DNA from: Candidatus Roizmanbacteria bacterium CG09_land_8_20_14_0_10_41_9
GTDB lineage: Bacteria; Patescibacteriota; Microgenomatia; UBA1406; GWC2-37-13
NCBI GenBank assembly: GCA_002774185.1
Contig: PEZG01000057.1
Coordinates: 1 to 45,166, forward strand
Direction: 5' to 3'
Length of the DNA: 45,166 bases
The notes beneath the pieces are model-generated. The model saw only the letters and a list, made by a program, of their open reading frames with translations, was not told where the DNA came from and ran no database searches. Positions 37,381 to 45,166 of the stretch are shown here, piece after piece. Position 1 is the first letter of the stretch. Every line of letters starts with the position of its first letter. The position numbers and the translations under genes are program-made.

Positions 37381-37438
37381 TCTTTTAGATATTTTTCTCT
37401 TGCATAATTGGTTTTCGTGTGATACAGTAAATACCAGT

Positions 37439-37588
37439 ATGGCGCCACTACCGAAAAGAAAACATTCAACCCAACGGAAAGGTAAAAGAATGTCCACGAG
37501 GACTATCACATTCAAAAATCTTGTTCCTTGTACAAACTGCCAAAAACCAAAATTACCCCATAAAACCTGTAAGCACTGCAGGAAATGA
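37439..37588 (+). CDS. rpmF: 50S ribosomal protein L32
   Basis: MAPLPKRKHS..R, CxxC..PH..CxxC. Confidence 0.9.
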   Translation: MAPLPKRKHSTQRKGKRMSTRTITFKNLVPCTNCQKPKLPHKTCKHCRK

Positions 37589-37971
37589 TATCCATGGACA
37601 TTCGCCACGATCAAAGAATAAAGATCATTCAAGAGCTTTACCGCAATACCTTCTTTGCTAAGGATAGTCCGCCATCTCTTGCTGTCGCTAAGACAAGGGA
37701 TATTATCGAAAACGCGACACAAATCAACGACTACATCAAAAAATATGCGCAGAAATTCCCTATAGAGAAGATTGCGAAGGTTGATTTGGCGATTCTACAG
37801 CTTGCGGTCTATGAGCTGGTATTTGAAAAAAAAGAACCGCCAAAGGTTATCATTAACGAAGCCATTGAACTTGCAAAAGAGATGGGAAGCGGACGATCGT
37901 TTGCTTTTATTAATGCCGTATTGGGCAAAATTTATCAACAACACTATGCCGGGCAACCTAAAAAAACTTGA
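37585..37971 (+). CDS. nusB: Transcription antitermination factor NusB
   Basis: VDLAIL.LA.YE, P.KV.INEAIELAK, FINAVLG. Confidence 0.92.
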   Translation: MISMDIRHDQRIKIIQELYRNTFFAKDSPPSLAVAKTRDIIENATQINDYIKKYAQKFPIEKIAKVDLAILQLAVYELVFEKKEPPKVIINEAIELAKEMGSGRSFAFINAVLGKIYQQHYAGQPKKT

Positions 37972-38647
37972 AGAAACTATCCATATCCAATTTAGAGATA
38001 AGAGTCTGATTGAAAATGTATTCGTGCACCGTTCCTATTTGAATGAACACAAACGGTTCCATTTACCCTCAAACGAGAAATTGGAATTCCTAGGAGATAG
38101 CGTACTGTCTCTAATCACCTCGGTGTATCTTTTTAAAAATTATCCGGATTTTCAGGAGGGCGATTATACCGAGATAAAATCATCCATTGTCAAAACCGAA
38201 AGCTTGGCGATTGCGGCAAGAACCCTACGTCTCGGCGATTATATCTATCTGTCAAAAGGTGAAGAGCAGGGTATGGGACGAGTTAACTCGAATATTTTAG
38301 CGGATTGTTTTGAAGCTCTGATTGGATGCATCTTCATAGATCAAAGCTTTGAGGCCGCCTATGATTTCGTAGTACGGTATCTATTCAAATCAAATAATCT
38401 TGACGGGGTCATTGAAGCAAAATCGTATCTCTCAGCAAAAAGCAACCTTCAGGAGTATATTCAGAGAAAGTTTAAAGTTTTGCCCTCCTATCGGGTCCTG
38501 GATCAAAAAGGACCTGAGCACGATAGGATATTCAGGATAGGGGTATTCTTGAAAAGCAAAAAAATGGGAGAAGGAGTCGCTTCTTCGAAGAAGCTCGCTG
38601 AGGAAAAAGCTGCTCAAGTTGCCTTTGAAAACCGGAAATCCCTATGA
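37946..38647 (+). CDS. rnc: Ribonuclease III
   Basis: HRSY, NEKLEFLGDS, LAD.FEA..G, C-terminal dsRBD; start ATG 37946. Confidence 0.95.
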   Translation: MPGNLKKLEETIHIQFRDKSLIENVFVHRSYLNEHKRFHLPSNEKLEFLGDSVLSLITSVYLFKNYPDFQEGDYTEIKSSIVKTESLAIAARTLRLGDYIYLSKGEEQGMGRVNSNILADCFEALIGCIFIDQSFEAAYDFVVRYLFKSNNLDGVIEAKSYLSAKSNLQEYIQRKFKVLPSYRVLDQKGPEHDRIFRIGVFLKSKKMGEGVASSKKLAEEKAAQVAFENRKSL

Positions 38648-38660
38648 TACAATTCTACCT

Positions 38661-38903
38661 ATGGCTGTTGCATTAAGACTCTTTCGGTTAGGAAAAAAAG
38701 GACACCCGATATACCGCATTATTGCTATCGATAAAAGGAAAAAGAGAAATGGGAACTATATTGAAGCGATCGGCTCATATCATCCGGGAAAAAATCCCTT
38801 TACATTGGAGATTAAAGAGGAACGTTTCGCCTATTGGAAAGAAAAAGGAGCTCATATTTCTGAGGGTCTTCACAAGCTTCTTAAAAGTAGAAAGAAATCC
38901 TAA
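38661..38903 (+). CDS. rpsP: 30S ribosomal protein S16
   Basis: RL.R.GKK..P.YRI...D.R..R.G..IE..G.Y.P; start ATG 38661. Confidence 0.93.
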   Translation: MAVALRLFRLGKKGHPIYRIIAIDKRKKRNGNYIEAIGSYHPGKNPFTLEIKEERFAYWKEKGAHISEGLHKLLKSRKKS

Positions 38904-39583
38904 AATGGATTTGTCTTGGTAGCGTACCCTGATTCCGTTGCCTCTTCGGGTTCCTTAACGATAAACGTGATTTTATCTTTGATGCTTTTGAGTTCTGCAA
39001 GCGTTCCTTCGTTAAACTTTGCTTTTTCCGAAGAGGAGATTTCGACCTTCTGGTTGTAAAAGTTAACGCTCAGGGTCATGGAACCCGCAAACTGAGGGGT
39101 CAATTCGATTCTTTCGATCGTGATAAGCCTTCCGCTGGAAAACGTATAATTTTTCAGGAAGTCCATAAATGCATCGTCATTTCCTACTCCCACGATACTT
39201 AGTTGCAACTTATTTTTCGTTGAGGTTCTTATGTTGATCGCATATGACTTAATAACAAAATTCGTTTTTTTAGCGATTTCCTCAAGAGCATAGACGATAG
39301 AAAAATAATCCTCTGCGTTGGGGACCAGTGAGTTGACCACTTGTAGATATGATTCCAGAGCTTCGTCTCCCACGGAAAGTGCATCATTGATTACTTTTGC
39401 TTTCTGCTGGTATTCCAAAACTTCCTTTTCAAGAGCAAGGATCTTGTCGGAATTTTCTGCAAATCGCTGGGAATTATATACATAAACAAAAATCGTTAAG
39501 GATATTAGTATCCATAATCCCGCAATATAAATACCGTTTTCCTTGATGAGATTTCGTACGTATGGCTTAATTGTTAGTTTCAT
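38900..39583 (-). CDS. PilO-like type IV pilus alignment protein
   Basis: Single TM, coiled coil, RLI.I; third gene of a pilM operon. Confidence 0.6.
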   Translation of the reverse strand: MKLTIKPYVRNLIKENGIYIAGLWILISLTIFVYVYNSQRFAENSDKILALEKEVLEYQQKAKVINDALSVGDEALESYLQVVNSLVPNAEDYFSIVYALEEIAKKTNFVIKSYAINIRTSTKNKLQLSIVGVGNDDAFMDFLKNYTFSSGRLITIERIELTPQFAGSMTLSVNFYNQKVEISSSEKAKFNEGTLAELKSIKDKITFIVKEPEEATESGYATKTNPF

Positions 39584-40253
39584 TCATCAAAATAAACTTA
39601 CCACTCAACGATAATTCGTAATTCTCTTTTTTGACAGCGCTTTGATCAAGCGAGCTCAAGCCGCTTAATGAAAAGCTTTTCAAGGAAAGCCGCTCGAAGT
39701 TCTTCAGAAAAGAATCAGATTCTACAAACCTCGTAAAATCAATGAGACTTGAAAAATTCGTGAACGACACCTTAAACTCGACATTTCTGTTTTTATCGAT
39801 AAAGAAGTTCTTAAGGGTTCCTCGGGTGTTCGTCTGGACTTGAGCCGAAATGCTTGCTAAATTTCCCGAAAGACTTGCGATTGCCGGCTGAAGAGAGAAA
39901 GAGTCCGTGGAGGGAGTATTTTGAGATAATGCAGTGACGAGAAGATTAAAGTATGGCAAGGCCTGGACATCGTCTTTTATAAACCCTTTTATTACACCAT
40001 ATTTTTTTTCAATGTAAAGGAGTTGTGCCTCGATATCCTTTTTATCCTTAAGCTGTTCAAGGTAGCTTTTCTTTTGATTCAAAAGTTTCTCTAATCTGGA
40101 ATTTTGAGTATTTAGCCGAATAAACATGTAAATGAACACTGCAAAAAAAACGACGCAGGATGCAATAGCTGATATTCGGATATAGGAAAAATACTTTTCT
40201 ATTTTTTGATAATCAACCTTACTTGAAAGAAGATTGATCTTGGTTTTCTTCAT
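39567..40253 (-). CDS. PilN-like protein
   Basis: N-terminal INLL motif plus TM, coupled to pilM. Confidence 0.65.
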   Translation of the reverse strand: MKKTKINLLSSKVDYQKIEKYFSYIRISAIASCVVFFAVFIYMFIRLNTQNSRLEKLLNQKKSYLEQLKDKKDIEAQLLYIEKKYGVIKGFIKDDVQALPYFNLLVTALSQNTPSTDSFSLQPAIASLSGNLASISAQVQTNTRGTLKNFFIDKNRNVEFKVSFTNFSSLIDFTRFVESDSFLKNFERLSLKSFSLSGLSSLDQSAVKKENYELSLSGKFILMNETNN

Positions 40254-41275
40254 CTTAGGTTTCCTCCAATAGATGAAATGAACAGGGACAGATTCTGCTT
40301 AAAGAATTCTACTGACGGGTTTTTTTTAAGAACGCTATAGGGATTGATAACTGAGGTAGGGATTCCGATGGAGTTTTCGACCAGTTTTGCTAATGAGGGA
40401 AATCGAAAGGAGTCATTCAGTAAAAGAATTGTTCCTATGTTCATTTGAAATCTCTGGGCAATCACGTTGATGAACCGTTTGACTTCGCTCCCAAATTCTT
40501 TCACTACCGGTTCGACATTTGACTCTATGGGCAAACTGGATTGTTGACCGGCTTGATGGGATTTGAGGGCCTCGGCGGCTTGAGTCTGAGTAAGGTTTAG
40601 ATTTAAGGCAGTCTCCTTTAAAAAAATGTAGAATCCCGTGTTAAAATTCCTCGTTTGGGTAATGAGATGAAACCGCGGATCAAAAAAATACAATGAGGTT
40701 GTATTTAGACTGAGATTCACTAAGAGTATTCCGGACGCGCTTTGAACATTGCTGAATATATCAACCGCAAAGCGTGAACATGCGCTTAATTCATTCTCAA
40801 TGGATTCGGGGATTAATCCAGCCAGTTCTACGGTCTTTTGAATTTTTTCTATGAGTTTTTTTGAGGACGCGATCATCAACACGAGAAGTTTGTTTTCTTT
40901 CGCACTCTCACTTAAAATCTCAACGTCAATGTTTACTTCATCAATCGGCATCGGAATGAACTGGTCGGCTTGATACTTTATTGCCGAGATGAGTTCCTTT
41001 TCGTTTAACTTCGGCATGTCAAGCACTTGGGAATAGGAATAGGTATCCGGGATTACGACATTTACATTTTTCTTTGCGATCTTAAGGGTTCCAAGGAGCT
41101 TTTGGATGATGGTGGCGTGATCTCCGATAACTTTTTCCGTGTCCGCACTGTAAAAGGCAGGGCTCACTTCGGCAAACCCCAAGGATGAAACGTCAATCAG
41201 GGATCCGTCCTTTTTCGCATCCGCCACTTTGATAAAACTTTCTCCAAAATCCACACAAAATAACGTATCTGCCAT
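40250..41275 (-). CDS. pilM: Type IV pilus assembly protein PilM
   Basis: VDFG...IK, A.Q.IP.P.....D, AGL, actin-like fold pattern, NP. Confidence 0.85.
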   Translation of the reverse strand: MADTLFCVDFGESFIKVADAKKDGSLIDVSSLGFAEVSPAFYSADTEKVIGDHATIIQKLLGTLKIAKKNVNVVIPDTYSYSQVLDMPKLNEKELISAIKYQADQFIPMPIDEVNIDVEILSESAKENKLLVLMIASSKKLIEKIQKTVELAGLIPESIENELSACSRFAVDIFSNVQSASGILLVNLSLNTTSLYFFDPRFHLITQTRNFNTGFYIFLKETALNLNLTQTQAAEALKSHQAGQQSSLPIESNVEPVVKEFGSEVKRFINVIAQRFQMNIGTILLLNDSFRFPSLAKLVENSIGIPTSVINPYSVLKKNPSVEFFKQNLSLFISSIGGNLR

Positions 41276-41328
41276 ATAGTTAGTATCAAGAAAAATGAGA
41301 AATAAGTCAAGAGAAAATTGCGGAAAGG

Positions 41329-41892
41329 TTAGTTCCTTAGCTTTATGCTGGTTTGGTAATGAAGCACAGCGGTAGTTTCTTCAACGCGAGTTGATGCGGT
41401 ATTATAATCCACACCAAAGGCAATAGTTACGAGTGCCGGAGTTCCGATGTTATTGCGTGTACACGAAATTACAAAGTCCGAAATGCGTACGTTCGACGTC
41501 GTCAATTCTCGGGTAGACGTTAATTTTGATGACTCGGAAGCGATTTTGTCGCTCAAGATATAGAATCGGAATTCGTTTCCGGATTTATCCTTGAAATAAA
41601 AATTCGTTCCACTGGAACTTTGGTATGATGAACCGGTTGCGGCACACCGTTCGTTTGAAAAGGTGGGAGCACTATAGGTTTGGAAAATATTTTTTGCTTC
41701 ACTTCGAATGATAGTTTCCATGACATTCAATACATAATCCCCCTGTCTTTTTACCTCAGATAGCCGCTGTATTTTCACCTGTTGGTTGGCAACCCCAAAA
41801 AAAATAGCAAAAAGCACCGGAAGAGATACTCCAATAACTCCCATCACAACGACAAGTTCAATAAAAGAGAATCCTTTTTTATTCATTCCCAT
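41329..41892 (-). CDS. Minor pilin (PilW/GspJ-like)
   Basis: G|FSFIELVVV. Confidence 0.85.
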   Translation of the reverse strand: MGMNKKGFSFIELVVVMGVIGVSLPVLFAIFFGVANQQVKIQRLSEVKRQGDYVLNVMETIIRSEAKNIFQTYSAPTFSNERCAATGSSYQSSSGTNFYFKDKSGNEFRFYILSDKIASESSKLTSTRELTTSNVRISDFVISCTRNNIGTPALVTIAFGVDYNTASTRVEETTAVLHYQTSIKLRN

Positions 41893-42332
41893 ACGGAAAA
41901 GACCGTGTTAATTGGTATTGAGTACGTGTTTCCATATTCGCGCCACTGAACAGTGACTGCAATTTTCATTTGATCGGATCCATACTGCTGAAGAACGGCC
42001 CAGCGGCGAAAAATACCATCTAAAGTATAACTTGTACCGCAGTCGTTTGAGAAATTCCAGTTAAGTCCTTCATTGAAACAATAGCTCACGGATGAAGGTT
42101 CAGTGGGAACTCTATTGTAAAAAGTTTTCCAATCAACTTCTTTTTCGGACTTCAACCACTCAAGAAGTTCCTCAGCATATCGGGTTCCCAGTATTTTATG
42201 CTGGTTGACCTCATTGTTCCGGATGGATGTAATCGTCATTGATGCGGCGATCACGAAAAATACAGAGAGAATAGAGACAAATATCAACACTTCCACGAGC
42301 GAAAACGATTTGGTCTCAAGTTTACCCATCAT
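41883..42332 (-). CDS. Minor pilin (PilV/GspI-like)
   Basis: S|FSLVEVLI, AEE.LE.L, V.V.W. Confidence 0.8.
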   Translation of the reverse strand: MMGKLETKSFSLVEVLIFVSILSVFFVIAASMTITSIRNNEVNQHKILGTRYAEELLEWLKSEKEVDWKTFYNRVPTEPSSVSYCFNEGLNWNFSNDCGTSYTLDGIFRRWAVLQQYGSDQMKIAVTVQWREYGNTYSIPINTVFSVWE

Positions 42333-42367
42333 ATACAGTATACATTTTTATAGTCAGAAGCAAAAGG

Positions 42368-42976
42368 TCAGCACCCAGAAGTGTAAGAGGTTCCTTTGGT
42401 AATGATACCGGCCGGAGAAACCGTGATATCAATGCATTTGCTCGAAGATGTATTCTTAACTTTTACGGTAATATCTCCGGCGCTATTGGTGCCGGTCGAG
42501 AGTTTGTAAAATGGGATGGCCGTTGCCGACTCGACAGTTATATTCCGATCGGCTGGAATAGAATACGTATATATGGTAGTTTCACCACCCGAACAGACGA
42601 GGCTCATCCTGTATTGAGAGGCGTTAATCACGGTTACCTTATAACTGATAAAATCTCCGCTGCAGGTTTGGGAAAGATTGACATCTGCCGCAGATGACTT
42701 TTTTTTGGCCAACTCTAATACATCATTGACTTTTCGCGCCTCTGCTTCCAGCTTAATGTCTTCGTTGTAGCTATTGTAGTATGCAAGCGAAAGACCGGAG
42801 AAAAGCGCAATGATCGTGATGACGATGAGAAGTTCAATGAATGTAAAACCTGTAAATCGCGAAAACGATTTTGTTGCTTCGGCTTCACCCCTCGGCCTGC
42901 CTGCCGGCAAGGCAGGGAGAACCCAAGCCATTCGCACAAAATGTTTTCGCAATTTAGAAAAAAATGAGCGTGTCAT
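42368..42976 (-). CDS. Minor pilin (FimT/GspH-like) with a palindrome-extended leader
   Basis: G|FTFIELLIVI; ATG 42976 is coupled to the upstream stop. Confidence 0.8.
   Translation of the reverse strand: MTRSFFSKLRKHFVRMAWVLPALPAGRPRGEAEATKSFSRFTGFTFIELLIVITIIALFSGLSLAYYNSYNEDIKLEAEARKVNDVLELAKKKSSAADVNLSQTCSGDFISYKVTVINASQYRMSLVCSGGETTIYTYSIPADRNITVESATAIPFYKLSTGTNSAGDITVKVKNTSSSKCIDITVSPAGIITKGTSYTSGC
42859..42950. repeat. Nested palindromic element in the prepilin leader
   Basis: GCGAAAAC(G)ATTTTGT(T)GC...GCACAAAATGTTTTCGC outer stem; inner CCTGCCTGCCGGCAAGGCAGG. Confidence 0.75.
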
Positions 42977-43371
42977 TGTCCGTACGGTCCAACGCAATAA
43001 TTGCACGTAGCTCCGGTACAACTGACTCCGCATCCACCTGCGGTCGACGACTCAAGGTATGCGCCCAGCGTATAATCGGAAGAGCTTCCCGTGTAATAAT
43101 ACGTGTAGGTTGGGCTACGGGGGTCTGCCGGAACGCTCTGCAAATATTTTGGAGATCCAGTAAGTAATGATAATGCTGCCGGGTAGGAACCGTTGTTGCT
43201 GCGATACATTTCCAGGGCACCTCTGATATTTTCCAAATCCGCCTTTCTTCTGCCGTCGCGGGATTGTTTCATTAGCTGAGAATAAGTAGCTACCCCTCCT
43301 GCAATTAATAGCGCAATGATGCTGATAACTACGATGAGCTCAAGAAGCGTGTATCCCCTATTATTTATCAT
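42973..43371 (-). CDS. Type IV pilin / GspG-like protein
   Basis: G|YTLLELIVV, RD..RKADL..I..ALEMY. Confidence 0.88.
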   Translation of the reverse strand: MINNRGYTLLELIVVISIIALLIAGGVATYSQLMKQSRDGRRKADLENIRGALEMYRSNNGSYPAALSLLTGSPKYLQSVPADPRSPTYTYYYTGSSSDYTLGAYLESSTAGGCGVSCTGATCNYCVGPYGQ

Positions 43372-43391
43372 AAATGATTCTAACTCATAAC

Positions 43392-43778
43392 TTACTGCTG
43401 GTTTGAAACCGAAAAGGTTACTCCTGCTCCAGCTGATTCCAATGGGACAGAAAGCGTGAATGTGTTTGTCGTCCAGGATACCGAGAATACATTTGATGCC
43501 GGGTCAGTAATCGTGAACGTACCAATTCCAGTTACTGGACAGATTGCACTTATGGTTCTGGTTCCTGTGCCGGTTACGTTAGGGTATGAGAAATTGTTTG
43601 CCGTATAACACTGCTCCATCATTTTTTGCATATCTTGAAGATCGGTTTTTCTCTTTGAATCGCGGGCCCTTTTTTGGACAGACGAAAAAGCGACCATACC
43701 CAGACTAATGAGTATAGCCAGTAGTCCAATGACGACAAGAAGCTCCAAAAGCGTAAATGATTTCTTAAATCGGTTCAT
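43392..43778 (-). CDS. Type IV pilin-like protein
   Basis: S|FTLLELLVVI, RDSKRK.DL; start ATG 43778. Confidence 0.85.
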   Translation of the reverse strand: MNRFKKSFTLLELLVVIGLLAILISLGMVAFSSVQKRARDSKRKTDLQDMQKMMEQCYTANNFSYPNVTGTGTRTISAICPVTGIGTFTITDPASNVFSVSWTTNTFTLSVPLESAGAGVTFSVSNQQ

Positions 43779-43780
43779 AT

Positions 43781-44257
43781 TCAAGGTTGGGTAACTACGT
43801 AACACCAGTTAGTTGTCGAACAAGCTCCACCGGTACATGTCGTGCAGGACGCGACACCGTCCAGATCAGCGGTGTTTTCGAGACAGGCGCAGAGAGTATA
43901 GGTTAATATATCTGCTCCCAATGTATATTTATAACTTTTACCCGGAGAGGGATCACCCGGCATTTTATTCATATATACGGATCCTGTGCACAAAGCACCA
44001 CTGGACCAGCAGGCACCAGCTGCTGGAAGTGAGTCCGTGGCCGGATAGGTGATCGGCGATTGGTTATCCTTGTACAATTCCAGAGCTTTCTGGATTTGCC
44101 TCAGGTCGGATTTCCTTTGGGAATCCCGCGCCCGTTCGCGGGTGGACATGTAGTTTGGAAGAAGGAGAGCCGAGAGAGAAGAGATAATCGCAATAACAAC
44201 CAAAAGCTCGATGAGGGTGAAACCAGCGCAAGAATTTTTTTTTAATATTGCCTCCAT
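43781..44257 (-). CDS. Type IV pilin / GspG-like protein
   Basis: [32 protein letters not shown]; start ATG 44257. Confidence 0.88.
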   Translation of the reverse strand: MEAILKKNSCAGFTLIELLVVIAIISSLSALLLPNYMSTRERARDSQRKSDLRQIQKALELYKDNQSPITYPATDSLPAAGACWSSGALCTGSVYMNKMPGDPSPGKSYKYTLGADILTYTLCACLENTADLDGVASCTTCTGGACSTTNWCYVVTQP

Positions 44258-44260
44258 ATA

Positions 44261-44368
44261 AATTAAAAGTTTAAAATTCAAAATTAAAAATTGCAATTGA
44301 AAATTTAAAATTAAAAACTTTCAACTTTGAACCGAAACTTTGTACTTTGAACTTTGAATTTTTAACTT
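44261..44368. repeat. Palindromic heptamer array
   Basis: AATTAAA-AGTTTAA-AATTCAA-AATTAAA-AATTGC-AATTGAA-AATTTAA-AATTAAA | TTCAACT-TTGAACC-GAAACT-TTGTACT-TTGAACT-TTGAATT-TTTAACT. Confidence 0.8.
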
Positions 44369-45012
44369 GATTTCATGCTATATTTTTTTTTAATCAAAAT
44401 CAAGAGGTTATCAACGGCAAGTTGTGCGTTAATGTTATTGTTTTCCATGAGACGCTTTAGACGAATGATCTCTCTGAGGATGCCGCCGCTTCTTTCATCT
44501 TTTGCAAGTCGATTCCTAAAAAAGAGAATAAGTTGTATAAGGATGGCTGAAGCATCAGTCTTTGAAGTCGTGGTAAACGGCTGTCTCCCAAGAATGGAAA
44601 GGTCCGGATTTGTCACAAACTTCGTCAGAACTTTTTCTATTTCTCCATCCAGTTTAACGTCCTGGGATTTTGCAAGATGCAAGATTTTCGCGCGTGAGAC
44701 GATGGTCGGAAGAAGCGAATGGACGGTTAAAACGCATAAGATGAATTGGACGTTCTCAGGAGCTTCTTCCAACGTTTTTAGAAAGGCGTTTTGGGCTTCC
44801 AGCGAAGATAGGTGAAAATCCTCGAATACATAAGTCCGCCTGAACGGTTGGTAAATAGCAACCTCCTTAATCACCTCTTTGATTTGATCGAGGGAAAATT
44901 CCTCCTTTTTTCTCTGGATCCGCATCATCCTCTGTCCTTGGGTATTTTGGAGTGAATCCAAATACGATTCTAGAGCGGTTTTCTCATCCGTTACAACAAT
45001 TAGAGGGATCAT
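44362..45012 (-). CDS. holB: DNA polymerase III delta-prime-like clamp loader subunit
   Basis: AQNAFLKTLEEAP, LLPTIVSR; no Walker A; start ATG 45012. Confidence 0.75.
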   Translation of the reverse strand: MIPLIVVTDEKTALESYLDSLQNTQGQRMMRIQRKKEEFSLDQIKEVIKEVAIYQPFRRTYVFEDFHLSSLEAQNAFLKTLEEAPENVQFILCVLTVHSLLPTIVSRAKILHLAKSQDVKLDGEIEKVLTKFVTNPDLSILGRQPFTTTSKTDASAILIQLILFFRNRLAKDERSGGILREIIRLKRLMENNNINAQLAVDNLLILIKKKYSMKSS

Positions 45013-45054
45013 GTGATATTTGCATTTTAACAAAAAAAACTATATAGTGAAAAT

Positions 45055-45166
45055 ATGAATCTCTCCACAAAACAATTGTTAGGACAACTCATAAAAAACA
45101 ATATCATTACCCAAGAAGAGGCAGAGAAATATGAGGTAAATAGTCTTCAAAAAAACCTTCCTATTT
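45055..45166 (+). CDS. Partial gene, possibly the N-terminus of a PilB/GspE ATPase
   Basis: MNLSTKQLLGQLIKNNIITQEEAEK..., an MshEN-like L..L....IT.E pattern beside the pilin locus; runs off the window. Confidence 0.45.
   Translation, partial: MNLSTKQLLGQLIKNNIITQEEAEKYEVNSLQKNLPI

Noticed and set aside
37772..44296. Extended N-termini from the ORF track (rnc 37772, rpsP 38619, pilins 43033/43805/44296; likewise rseP 7880, Clp 16602)
   Set aside because: The extensions overlap neighbouring genes or repeats; downstream ATGs fit the family N-termini or promoters better.

Overview
This window looks like chromosome from a Patescibacteria/CPR bacterium, probably Microgenomates (OP11). That call is inferred from the divergent 16S (the 515F site reads GTGCCAGAAGCGTCGGTAA), the unlinked 16S, the short EF-Ts and DnaX, and the large type IV pilin repertoire. 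Housekeeping genes include rnj, recR, prs, ybaB, dnaX, ybeY, rpsU, a cmk-like gene, rseP, frr, tsf, rpsB, galU, mvk, mreB, rpmF, nusB, rnc, rpsP and a holB-like gene. There is also a nucleotide-sanitising set (DNPH1-like/dTMP-kinase fusion, dUTPase, SAMHD1-like HD protein, NUDT1-like Nudix), an MgtE-cytoplasmic/NRAMP-like pair, and a PilMNO + pilin locus with GT-C membrane proteins. Two IS1595-family elements are present. The first truncates an epimerase. The second is a 2152-bp element with an 8-bp TSD carrying a Panacea (DUF4065) antitoxin and a coupled 132-codon ORF broken by one TGA. The most striking structure is at 21793-22187, where two intact tRNAs (Val-UAC, Ile-GAU) each lie inside the remains of an older, diverged tRNA gene that is interrupted by short REP-like palindromes. 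The same palindrome families and a family of palindromic heptamer arrays recur across the window, including in-frame in coding sequences. Many genes appear leaderless. All calls were made by eye, without database searches.
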